This document shows, one piece after another, positions 1 through 9,233 of a stretch of DNA of 64,000 bases. The stretch's first letter is position 1, and each line of letters begins with the position of its first letter. Below the pieces are notes generated by a model. It did not search any database. It was given only the letters and a program-made list of their open reading frames with translations, and was not told where the DNA came from. Made by a program: the position numbers and the translations under genes. Source of the DNA: Tubiluchus corallicola (Eukaryota > Animalia > Priapulida); assembly GCA_030141605.1 (NCBI GenBank), contig JAQGDQ010000440.1, positions 1 through 64,000 of the forward strand, written 5' to 3'.

Positions 1-379
1 ACACGTCAGTAGTATAGATGTTTTGCCTCTGGCCGATTTCCCCACCCCCCCTTTGGCTGCCCGGGGGGGGGGGGGGGAACACCCCTAAAAAAGTGCGAAA
101 ATCCGCGAAAACCCCTAAAAAAGTGTGAAAACCCGTGTGAAAGTGCGCACGTGACCGAAATCGACGAAAAAGCGCGAAAAACAAAGAAAAACGAAGAAAA
201 GGCGTGTGAAACGAGGTAAAAATTTTGCAGTTTTTCCCTCCCGCATGGCTTCATTTGGATCGAATGACCTTGAACTCTAGGTCACGTGACCAAAGTTCAT
301 TGACCCCTGGATGGCTTCTTTTTTTGACACCCCATTTTAAACCGCGCAAAACCGCGCGAAAGCATGTGAAAGTGTGTGA

Positions 380-731
380 AAGCGCGTGAAAGCGTGTGAA
401 AGCGTGTGAAAGTGTGTGAAAGTGTGTGAAACGAGGTAAAAAGCGCCTCAAACGAAGAAAAAGGGAGAAGTGGAGTTCCCGCCGAGGACTAATTAGTGCT
501 AATTGGCGCTAATTGGGGAGCCCCTGCCACCCCTCCGCCGCATGCAAACGTCCGTCCCGGGGGTCGGGGACCCCCCCCTGCAACCCACCCCTCCGTCGCG
601 TGGAATCGTCCACTGCAGGCAATGAGGGAAATCTTTTTCCCGCCACTCGCGCAGTGCCGGCCCTTTTCCGCGACCACTTCTCTCTCTCGGGTGCCCTCCC
701 TTTTCCGCGACCACTTCTCTCGCGGGTTTAG

Positions 732-775
<44 letters not shown>

Positions 776-1042
776 GGAGATTTATTTCAAATGCCAAAGT
801 TCGATAAATGCATTTTCACAAATCTTTTTTATTGATGGATTACAAAAAATTTTTTTACATTTTTTATGCAAAATACATACGTGCTAAAACTAGATTATTA
901 TTATTATTATTATGGTGACATGATAGTTTTTACGTTTTTTTCGCAAATTACACAAATTATGCAAATTACAGTAAAACTACACTAATGACGACGAGCGAGT
1001 ACATGGATTGTCGTCGTCGTCGTCGATGTGATACAGACAAAC
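380..1042. repeat. Left arm of long inverted repeat (includes GTGAAAGYGY decamer array, (TG)n, (TTA)n)
   Basis: Reverse complement of 2401-3049, e.g. CATGGATTGTCGTCG...ATACAGACAAAC vs GTTTGTCTGTATCACATCGACG. Confidence 0.95.
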
Positions 1043-1567
1043 GTTATTGTTGTTAAAAACGAATTCGTTAAATTTGCGGAAAACGCGAGAGAAATCCTCG
1101 ACCTTTGTCCCGCCCATCATTATTATGCTTCCGGTGTGAAAAATGTTCAGAGTAATTTGCTCGCATTTGCAAGTTAGTTTGGGAAATAGTTCCACTTCGT
1201 AAAACACTTCTCTAAAAGAATGCGTCGAAGGACGAACGAGTTCTTCGTACAGTGCACCCAGTTTCAATCTGCAGCGAATTTTGGCTCTGGCGGTGATGGT
1301 GCGAATTGCGATCCCGTCGGCGGGCGTCAGTCCGAGACCTTTCGAGAGTTCTTCGATCGCATTGCGTAGTACTTTTTCCTCCGAAAAACCGTTGGCCACC
1401 ACGGAGCCGGAGGCAAAAATCATCAGCGTCCCGCCCAGTCGCTTTAGCAGAAGCATTTGCGGTTTTCTTTCGTAGCGTCTTCCGCCCGTTCTCCGCCGGA
1501 GTTCGTTCAGATCGAAGCGCTGCGAGAACGAAGCCGTGGCGACGATGTTGACCGTTTGGACTGACAC
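977..1567 (-). CDS. TATA-box-binding-protein (TBP)-like protein, divergent; no ATG at the start of the TBP fold
   Basis: Two TBP half-repeats: NIVATASFSQRFDL...LMIFASGSVVANG and ITARAKIRCRLKL...YEVELFPKL...LNIFHTGSIIMMG, paralleling TBP NIVST...IFSSGK / YEPELFPGL...IFVSGK. Confidence 0.8.
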   Translation of the reverse strand: MSVQTVNIVATASFSQRFDLNELRRRTGGRRYERKPQMLLLKRLGGTLMIFASGSVVANGFSEEKVLRNAIEELSKGLGLTPADGIAIRTITARAKIRCRLKLGALYEELVRPSTHSFREVFYEVELFPKLTCKCEQITLNIFHTGSIIMMGGTKVEDFSRVFRKFNEFVFNNNNVCLYHIDDDDDNPCTRSSSLV

Positions 1568-2019
1568 GTTAGAACGTAGTTGGCAATCGTTTCGGACGCC
1601 CGAACCGCTCTGCCTCGTCCGTTGCTCTGCCAACGTATGGCGGGCGGCGGGTGCTCGCTTTCCAGATCCTCTACGCGTATGACCACGCGATTTTTGGGGA
1701 GATGTTTTTTGACGAAATCGTACATCTCTGCTCCCTTGACGTAGGTGATCCTGCCTCTGGTGGTCTGTCGTAGAATGTTTTCCAATTCTGCGTACTCGAT
1801 CATTCCCTCCTCCCACGAGATGCCGTGTATGTGTCTGATTAGGTAGTTGTAGGTGGATCGCTTGTGCTGGGGAACGCGATTCCAGGGGTGGGGCGGTTTG
1901 AAGGTGTAGTTGTGATATATGCCGGTCTCTATTTCGCGAATTACCAAATTTTTGACCAGGTATTCTTCTTTTCCGCACTGGAAGGCATCTATGGTGAGAA
2001 CTATGCTCGATTCAGACAT
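1507..2019 (-). CDS. Putative DEDD-like 3'-5' exonuclease-fold protein of the type seen in invertebrate Polinton-like elements
   Basis: Motifs IDAFQ..YLVKNL, FKPPHPW, HIHGISWEEG, YVKGAE recalled from that family. Confidence 0.55.
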   Translation of the reverse strand: MSESSIVLTIDAFQCGKEEYLVKNLVIREIETGIYHNYTFKPPHPWNRVPQHKRSTYNYLIRHIHGISWEEGMIEYAELENILRQTTRGRITYVKGAEMYDFVKKHLPKNRVVIRVEDLESEHPPPAIRWQSNGRGRAVRASETIANYVLTCQSKRSTSSPRLRSRSASI

Positions 2020-2400
2020 CTGTGACGATGGGGGGTCCTTCTACGCCGTCGGCAACGAGTTTTCCTTCGATGACGATTTGCTTGTGATTGTTCACAAATT
2101 CCAGAGACTTGATTTTTTCGAAGGTGTATTTTTTTATGACCTTGTTGGGGGCACTCTTGCGTGCGTTGGCGCGCTTGCCGCCCCGCGTCCCCGCTTGTTG
2201 TTGTTGCTTGCGAGGAACGGTGGTTAGAGGTTGTTTGAAATCCTGCAAGAGAAGAAGAAGAACAATAGTTATAGTATTGTTGTTCGCTAACGACAACTAG
2301 GCATTTTTGATGAGCCATTCTTTCAGATTTCTAGGTTTTTTGGGGGCAGTGGGGGTGAGCACCATCGGCGGCGATGGAGGGGGCGTCGCGGAAATTACGA

Positions 2401-2665
2401 GTTTGTCTGTATCACATCGACGACGACGACGACAATCCATGTACTCGCTCGTCGTCATTAGTGTAGTTTTACTGTAATTTGCATAATTTGTGTAATTTGC
2501 GAAAAAAACGTAAAAACTATCATGTCACCATAATAATAATAATAATCTAGTTTTAGCACGTATGTATTTTGCATAAAAAATGTAAAAAAAATTTTTTGTA
2601 ATCCATCAATAAAAAAGATTTGTGAAAATGCATTTATCGAACTTTGGCGTTTGAAATAAATCTCC

Positions 2666-2731
<66 letters not shown>

Positions 2732-3049
2732 CTAAACCCGCGAGAGAAGTGGTCGCGGAAAAGGGCCGGCACTGCGCGAGTGGGGGGGGGGGGGGGAAAG
2801 ATTTCCCTCATTGCCTGCAGTGGACGATTCCACGCGACGGAGGGGTGGGTTGCAGGGGGGGGGGGTCCCCGACCCCCGGGACGGACATTTGCATGCGGCG
2901 GAGGGGTGGCAGGGGCTCCCCAATTAGCGCCAATTAGCACTAATTAGTCCTCGGCGGGAACTCCACTTCTCCCTTTTTCTTCGTTTGAGGCGCTTTTTAC
3001 CTCGTTTCACACACTTTCACACGCTTTCATATGCTTTCACGCGCTTTCA
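2401..3049. repeat. Right arm of long inverted repeat, cut off at the junction with bacterial DNA
   Basis: Direct comparison with the left arm; differs mainly in (CA)n and G-tract lengths. Confidence 0.95.
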
Positions 3050-3462
3050 TTTTTCTTGCCCATGGTGATGGTCTGGACGGCTCAAGTCGAAGTTACAAAC
3101 TATTAAAGTGGTTGCTTTTAAGTAAAATTGTAAAAAAATCTGTTTACGCAATGCATCCGGATCTGGCATTTTGGTTGGCCACTGCTTTCTCAAAATACAG
3201 TAGAAGTTGTAACCACGAAGAAAAATCGCGCCTTAAGCACGAAAAAGATGAAGAGCAGATACAGTTTGTACATAAAACACTCAAAGCAGGGAATCACTTT
3301 GACTACTTTGTTTTTGGGCACCGCCATATACCGCTCGAGCTTGACTTTGAAAAAAAATGTAAACTATTCCTTCTTGGCGATTGGCTACAGAAGTGTACAT
3401 ACGGAGTATTTGACGGAAAAGCTTTTAGCTTGAAGACATTTTCTATAAATACCTCTAGATAA
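3046..3462 (+). CDS. lpxH: UDP-2,3-diacylglucosamine hydrolase, 5' half missing (truncated at the junction)
   Basis: LAHGDGL, FVFGHRHIP, LGDW metallophosphoesterase motifs; N-terminal DxH/GD/GNHD motifs absent. Confidence 0.8.
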   Translation, partial: FIFLAHGDGLDGSSRSYKLLKWLLLSKIVKKSVYAMHPDLAFWLATAFSKYSRSCNHEEKSRLKHEKDEEQIQFVHKTLKAGNHFDYFVFGHRHIPLELDFEKKCKLFLLGDWLQKCTYGVFDGKAFSLKTFSINTSR

Positions 3463-3485
3463 CATTGTTAAATATTTAAATATTT

Positions 3486-4571
3486 ATGAATAAAAAAACT
3501 TACACTACTATTATAGCATCAGGCTCGTTTACTCCCTCAAGATCAGTTAACAACAGCCACTTCTTGAACTCGGAGTTCTATGACCCTACAACATATGATA
3601 GACTTGACAAAACAACTGAAGAGGTTATACAAAAATTTCACGAAATAACCAATATCGATGAGCGCAGATACATTGATCCAGCTCACACAACGAGCGACAT
3701 GGCAGCTTTTGCCGTAAATGATGCTATCAAGTCATCCAAATGCGACATCGAATCCTTAGACTTCATTCTATTTGCACATAACTTTGGAGACTCAAAATCT
3801 ACAAATCACCGCATAGATATAGTCCCCCCTCTATCAAACAAAGTAAAGAAGCACTTGAAAATTAAAAACCACAAATGCTTTTGTCACGATGTGATTGCGG
3901 GATGTCCGGGCTGGACAACAGCCATGATTATGGCAGATGCCTATATTAAAAGTGGCGTTTACAAACGTGGTGTTGTAATTGGAGCAGACACCACCTCATA
4001 CCATGGAGACCCATATGACCGCGACTGTATGATATTTGCAGATGGAGCCGGTGCTGTTATCGTTGAAGCAAAAGAGAGTGAGGTGCCTGTAGGAATACTC
4101 TCTCAATCAAGTCGTTCTGACTCAGCCGAAGGAGTAGAGTTTCTATCAATGGGAGAATCACTGAATAAAAATTACAAAGGGGGAGACCTGTATATAAGGA
4201 TGAAGGGAAACAAAGTATACCTCTACGCACTAGCAAATGTTCCGACAACTGTTAAAGAGAGCCTTGATAAAGCAAAACTGCATCTCGACGACGTAAAAAA
4301 AGTACTCATTCATCAGGCAAACGAAAAGATGAACCAGGCAATACTGGAAAGAATCTTCAAGGTTTACGAAAAAAAGACATGCGATAAAAGCGTAATGCCT
4401 ATGACAATCGGTAAATTTGGTAACTCTTCGGCAGCAACAGTACCTGTCTTATATGACCTTGTTACAAAAGGGAAAATGGAGGGACACTCTGTAAACTCAG
4501 GAGATATATTAATCCTTGCATCTGTAGGCGCTGGTATGAATATCAACTCTATCGTATACAAAATACCTTAA
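3486..4571 (+). CDS. fabH: 3-oxoacyl-ACP synthase III family protein
   Basis: AGCPGW, HQAN, GNSS catalytic Cys/His/Asn motifs. Confidence 0.85.
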   Translation: MNKKTYTTIIASGSFTPSRSVNNSHFLNSEFYDPTTYDRLDKTTEEVIQKFHEITNIDERRYIDPAHTTSDMAAFAVNDAIKSSKCDIESLDFILFAHNFGDSKSTNHRIDIVPPLSNKVKKHLKIKNHKCFCHDVIAGCPGWTTAMIMADAYIKSGVYKRGVVIGADTTSYHGDPYDRDCMIFADGAGAVIVEAKESEVPVGILSQSSRSDSAEGVEFLSMGESLNKNYKGGDLYIRMKGNKVYLYALANVPTTVKESLDKAKLHLDDVKKVLIHQANEKMNQAILERIFKVYEKKTCDKSVMPMTIGKFGNSSAATVPVLYDLVTKGKMEGHSVNSGDILILASVGAGMNINSIVYKIP

Positions 4572-4670
4572 CAGCCCTTATCGACAATAAAAAACTTCTT
4601 TGACTATATAGAGCATACTGTTTCCACAGAAGAATCCTGTAAGCTTGCACCCTTCAATAAAAATCAAAAG

Positions 4671-5690
4671 ATGATAGACCTCATTAATAAAATACAGAAA
4701 GAAGTAGAAAAACTAACTATTCACTCTTTTGAAGAAGCGGAAGAGATACGCATCAAATATTTGGGCAAAAAAGGTGTAATAGCAGACCTTTTTAATCGCT
4801 TTCATAAAGTTCCTCCAGAGCAAAAAAAAGAAATAGGGCAAGCCATAAACACTCTTAGAAAATTTGCTCGGGAGAAAATAACCCTTATCCATGAGGGGCT
4901 AAAAAAGCAGGATAGCAACCACTCAACCACAGACCTTACTCTCCCCGGTGAACCAGCAAAACTTGGTAGCCGACACCCCTTATCAATAGTAAAAAACGAA
5001 ATATTAGACATTCTTAAGCGGCTCGGGTTTACCGTATCTGAGGGACCCGAAATAGAAGATGACTGGCATGTATTTAGCGCATTAAACTTTCCGGAAGATC
5101 ATCCTGCGCGCGATATGCAAGATACGTTTTTCATTCAGCGCAACCCCGATATCCTACTGCGTACACACACATCGTCTGTCCAGGTACACGATATGGAAAC
5201 AACCTCTCCTCCCATTCGCACTATAGCACCCGGCAGAGTATTTCGAAATGAAGCAATATCAGCACGCGCCCACTGTATGTTCCACCAGGTGGAAGGCCTG
5301 TATATTGATGAAGATGTCTCTTTTGCTGACCTCAGGCAAACTCTCATCTACTTTGCAAAAGAACTATTTGGAAATAAGACGGAAATACGCATGAGGCCAT
5401 CTTTCTTTCCTTTCACTGAACCATCTGCAGAGGTAGATGTTTCATGCTCTATTTGCAAAGGGGCAGGATGTAACGTTTGCAAATACACCGGATGGCTCGA
5501 AATTCTTGGTTGTGGCATGGTAGACCCAGATGTATTGAGCGCATCCGGTATTGACAACAATAAATACACAGGATTTGCTTTTGGAATGGGTATTGAACGC
5601 ATAGCAATGCTAAAATTCGGAATCAATGATCTGCGTCTCTATTTTGAAAATGATGTCAGATTTCTAAATCAGTTTATAATAGCTAACTAA
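4671..5690 (+). CDS. pheS: Phenylalanine-tRNA ligase alpha subunit
   Basis: HPARDMQDTF, LRTHTS, FPFTEPS, GFAFGMGIER. Confidence 0.98.
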   Translation: MIDLINKIQKEVEKLTIHSFEEAEEIRIKYLGKKGVIADLFNRFHKVPPEQKKEIGQAINTLRKFAREKITLIHEGLKKQDSNHSTTDLTLPGEPAKLGSRHPLSIVKNEILDILKRLGFTVSEGPEIEDDWHVFSALNFPEDHPARDMQDTFFIQRNPDILLRTHTSSVQVHDMETTSPPIRTIAPGRVFRNEAISARAHCMFHQVEGLYIDEDVSFADLRQTLIYFAKELFGNKTEIRMRPSFFPFTEPSAEVDVSCSICKGAGCNVCKYTGWLEILGCGMVDPDVLSASGIDNNKYTGFAFGMGIERIAMLKFGINDLRLYFENDVRFLNQFIIAN

Positions 5691-5911
5691 CCACTCCTTG
5701 CAAATTAAAAAAACCGTACGATATAGAAATCGGTAAGAAGCTCCCTCCTCCTCTTGCACCAAAAGCACAAAATGAGAACTTCGCAAAACTCATCTCTCTA
5801 TCAATATTTTCGTCAAAGTCCTCATCTATATCAATAAACTACACAAACTGCGGGTTATCCTCAATCTAAGCTAAAATGATACACTTCGCTTTGCAAAAGA
5901 TTTGAAGAGGT

Positions 5912-6028
5912 AAAAGAGGATAGGAGCTGCAACTTGATTGCAGCCCCTATCCTCTTTTAATCTTATATAAAAACTAAGAGTATATAATAAAAGGTTTTGG
6001 TATCGGCTAAGAAACAAACACTCCTAAC
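5912..6028 (-). ncRNA. Candidate ~115-nt small RNA (one of four copies in the array)
   Basis: Minus-strand TAATTTTG (Bacteroidota -7 TAnnTTTG) at 6034-6041, followed by an ORF-less stretch and a GC hairpin terminator. Confidence 0.5.
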
Positions 6029-6882
6029 TATAACAAAATTAAGTTGACAAAAATCAAAAAAATAGTGATGAACGTCCAATTTTTAAAGATTAACGGCAGA
6101 TCTGTAAAATTGCAAAACACAGATTTAATAAGGCCTTTATCAGGTAAAAAAATGAAAACATAAAACGCCATTTAAAAAAAATAGGAGCTACAACTTAACT
6201 GCAGCCCCTATCCTCTTTTAATCTTATATAAAAACTAAGAATATATAATAAAAGGTTTTGGTACCGGCTAAGAAACAAACACTCCTAACTATAACAAAAT
6301 TAAGTTGACAAAAATCAAAAAAATAGTGATGAACGTCCAGTTCTTAAAGATTAACGGCAGATCTGTAAAATTGCAAAACACAGATTTAATAAAGCCTTTA
6401 TCAGGTAAAAAAAATGAAAACATAAAACGCCATTTAAAAAAAAATAGGAGCTGCAACTTGATTGCAGCCCCTATCCTCTTTTAATCTTATATAAAAACTA
6501 AAAGTATATAATAAAAGGTTTTGGTACCGGCTAAGAAACAAACACTCCTAACTATAACAAAATTAAGTTGACAAAAATCAAAAAAATAGTGATGAACGTC
6601 CAATTTTTAAAGATTAACGGCAGATCTGTAAAACTACAAAACAGACTTAATAAGGCCTTTATCAGGTAAAAAAAATGAAAACATAAAACGCCATTTAAAA
6701 AAAATAGGAGCTGCAACTTGATTGCAGCCCCTATCCTCTTTTAATCTTATATAAAAACTAAAAGTATATAATAAAAGGTTTTGGTACCGGCTAAGAAACA
6801 AACACTCCTAACTATAACAAAATTAAGTTGACAAAAATCAAAAAAATAGTGATGAACGTCCAGTTCTTAAAGATTAACAGCA
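5920..6882. repeat. Tandem array of ~261-bp units (3.7 copies; starts at 5920, 6181, 6444, 6704)
   Basis: Near-identical units read directly; periods 261, 263, 260 bp. Confidence 0.97.
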
Positions 6883-6946
6883 ATTTGTAAATAGTGATAG
6901 CCTTCACTTACTTTGCTGTTCGACACAGCTATAACTCAGCAGCAGC

Positions 6947-8071
6947 TTACAACACCCCTTTAGTGCTGGGAAGTGACTGCTTGAATATATCTTTTCTTAC
7001 TGCCATCTTAATAGCACGCGCAAAAGCTTTGAAGATACCTTCAATCTTATGATGCTCATTTGCCCCCTCTGCCTTTATATTCAGATTACATAATGCTGCA
7101 TCCGATACCGCTTTAAAAAAGTGGTAAAACATCTCTGTAGGCATATCCCCGACATACTCCCTGTGAAACTCTGCCTCCCACACCAGGTACGGTCTACCCC
7201 CAAAATCGAGCACCACTTGTGCCAGGCAATCATCCATTGGTAAACAATAACCGTAACGCTCAACACCCCTCTTGTCTCCTAACGCTTTTTTTAGCGCCTC
7301 CCCAAACGCTATACCTGTATCCTCAATAGTATGATGCTCATCAACATGCAGGTCGCCTCTGGATACCACTCTCAAATCACATCCAGAGTGACGCCCTATT
7401 TGATCCAGCATATGATCAAAAAAACTAATCCCGGTAGATACACTGCACTCCCCACTCCCGTCCAAGGTCAACTCAACATCAATATCCGTCTCAGAAGTCT
7501 TTCTTGAAACAACAGCTGTACGCTCTTCCCTTGCCAGAAAAGTAAACACATCATCCCAGCTGTTAGCTATAAATGAACAAAAGCTTTGTAAATCTTCAGA
7601 CAACTGCCATCCGGCACTATCACTGCAGCTTAAAAAAATAGCCTTTGCCCCAAGGTTCTTTGCCAGTCCTACATCACTATCCCGATCTCCTATTACGTAC
7701 GAATTGGAAAGATCGAAAGAGCCATCCATATAGTGCTTTAACATGGCAGTTCCCGGCTTCCTGGTCATAGCGTTATCTTCAGGTAGCGAACGGTCAATTA
7801 GAACCTCTGAAAACGTAACACCTTCATTTTGAAACGCCTTTACAATCTTATTGTGCGCAGGCCAGAAACTATCCTCAGGGAATGACTTAGTCCCCAGCCC
7901 ATCTTGATTAGTAACCATAACAAACTCAAAATCAAGATGCCTATCAATATTATACAACCCCCTAAACACCCCTGGTATAAACTCCAATTTCTCAAGAGAA
8001 TCAAGTTGAAAATCTACCGGAGGTTCCACTACAAGAGTTCCATCCCTGTCAATAAACAGTACTTTTTTCAT
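6947..8071 (-). CDS. hisB: Bifunctional histidinol-phosphatase/imidazoleglycerol-phosphate dehydratase
   Basis: FIDRDGT HAD motif; DEHHTIED and NEHHKIE motifs. Confidence 0.97.
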   Translation of the reverse strand: MKKVLFIDRDGTLVVEPPVDFQLDSLEKLEFIPGVFRGLYNIDRHLDFEFVMVTNQDGLGTKSFPEDSFWPAHNKIVKAFQNEGVTFSEVLIDRSLPEDNAMTRKPGTAMLKHYMDGSFDLSNSYVIGDRDSDVGLAKNLGAKAIFLSCSDSAGWQLSEDLQSFCSFIANSWDDVFTFLAREERTAVVSRKTSETDIDVELTLDGSGECSVSTGISFFDHMLDQIGRHSGCDLRVVSRGDLHVDEHHTIEDTGIAFGEALKKALGDKRGVERYGYCLPMDDCLAQVVLDFGGRPYLVWEAEFHREYVGDMPTEMFYHFFKAVSDAALCNLNIKAEGANEHHKIEGIFKAFARAIKMAVRKDIFKQSLPSTKGVL

Positions 8072-8090
8072 ATCTTAATAATCATCATTT

Positions 8091-9134
8091 TCAGACAAGC
8101 TGTTCCAACGCACTCAGAAGGGCAAAATTCTCCTTTTCACTACCTATAGTTATACGAATACACCCTTCACACAAAATAACTTCCGACCTGTCGCGCACTA
8201 TTATATTTTTCCCAACCAGATGCTCATAAATCTTCTTCGGGCTATCTGTCTTAACTAATAGAAAATTGGAATCGCTGTCATAAACATGGCTGACAAAAGG
8301 CAACTCCTTCAGCCTAAATGCCATCCTCTCCCTCTCATCTATAATAGCCTTAACCCAATCGGACTTTCTATCCTCCTGCTCGATTATCTCTAATGCTTTA
8401 AGCTGAGTCGCCATATTCAGGTTGTATGGGTACTTTATATGAGTTAGTGCATCAATCAGTACTGTATCTCCAAATGCCATACCCAGCCTCATTCCTGCCA
8501 TTCCCCACGCCTTAGAAAACGTCTGTAAAATAACGAGATTATTAAAATATGTCATATGTGGAATTAATGACCTCCCCGGGCAAAAGTCGATATAGGCCTC
8601 ATCAACTACAACTATTCCATCATATAAACTAAGAATAGTCTTAATATCCCTCCATTCCAATATATTACCCGTTGGATTATTGGGTGAGCAGAGAAACAGT
8701 AACTTTGTATTTGGTGTTACCCGGTCAAGCACCCGATCCGGGACAAGTGAAAAATCAGAGCCCAGAGGAGCACCCCTCACCTCTACATCATTTATATCGG
8801 CTGCCACTTTATACATCCCATACGTAGGAGAAATAGTTACTATATTATCCTCTCTCGGCGAAGCAAATGCCCTGATAAGCAAATCAATAGCCTCATCGCT
8901 ACCATTTCCAAGAAAAATATTGCCAGGAGCAACACCCTTCATCTCTCCAATCCTCTCCTTCAACTCTGTCTGACTTGGATCAGGATAGCGATTAAATGGC
9001 TCATTAAAAGGACTTTCATTAGCATCAAGAAGAACAGCCTCTCTCCCCTGATACTCACTCCTCGCAGATGAGTATGGCTTCAGGGAGCGTATATTTTTGC
9101 GAAGTAGTGAAACTATATCTATTTCTCTGCTCAT
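8091..9134 (-). CDS. hisC: Histidinol-phosphate aminotransferase
   Basis: NRYPD, GNGSDEAI, CSPNNPTG, DEAY, TFSKAWG. Confidence 0.96.
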   Translation of the reverse strand: MSREIDIVSLLRKNIRSLKPYSSARSEYQGREAVLLDANESPFNEPFNRYPDPSQTELKERIGEMKGVAPGNIFLGNGSDEAIDLLIRAFASPREDNIVTISPTYGMYKVAADINDVEVRGAPLGSDFSLVPDRVLDRVTPNTKLLFLCSPNNPTGNILEWRDIKTILSLYDGIVVVDEAYIDFCPGRSLIPHMTYFNNLVILQTFSKAWGMAGMRLGMAFGDTVLIDALTHIKYPYNLNMATQLKALEIIEQEDRKSDWVKAIIDERERMAFRLKELPFVSHVYDSDSNFLLVKTDSPKKIYEHLVGKNIIVRDRSEVILCEGCIRITIGSEKENFALLSALEQLV

Positions 9135-9233
9135 AAACTTTTAAGACCTATATACATATATAAAAGCGCCAAATTAAATAGCCATCAGCTAACAGGAAGA
9201 CATAGCTATACCACACTGTTACAATACTATAGA

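Larger units (their letters stand above)
8..3049. mobile_element. Eukaryote-like element with long terminal inverted repeats; putative internally deleted Polinton/Maverick, right end truncated
   Basis: Starts AGTAGT at 8-13; 2401-~3049 is the near-exact reverse complement of ~380-1042; contains microsatellites, a TBP-like ORF and an exonuclease-like ORF; composition unlike the rest of the window. Confidence 0.6.

Noticed and set aside
6-807. Short ORFs with HTHTHT/CVCVCV runs (also 2458-2940)
   Set aside because: They are translations of microsatellites and GC-rich TIR sequence with no protein signal.
6068-6163. 31-aa + strand ORF (MNVQFLKING...) in the array as a type I toxin
   Set aside because: It is not hydrophobic and is frameshifted differently in the other copies, although a few substitutions are synonymous.
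5920-6882. Tandem array as a CRISPR array
   Set aside because: Whole 261-bp units are near-identical; there are no unique spacers and no match to the tracrRNA anti-repeat.
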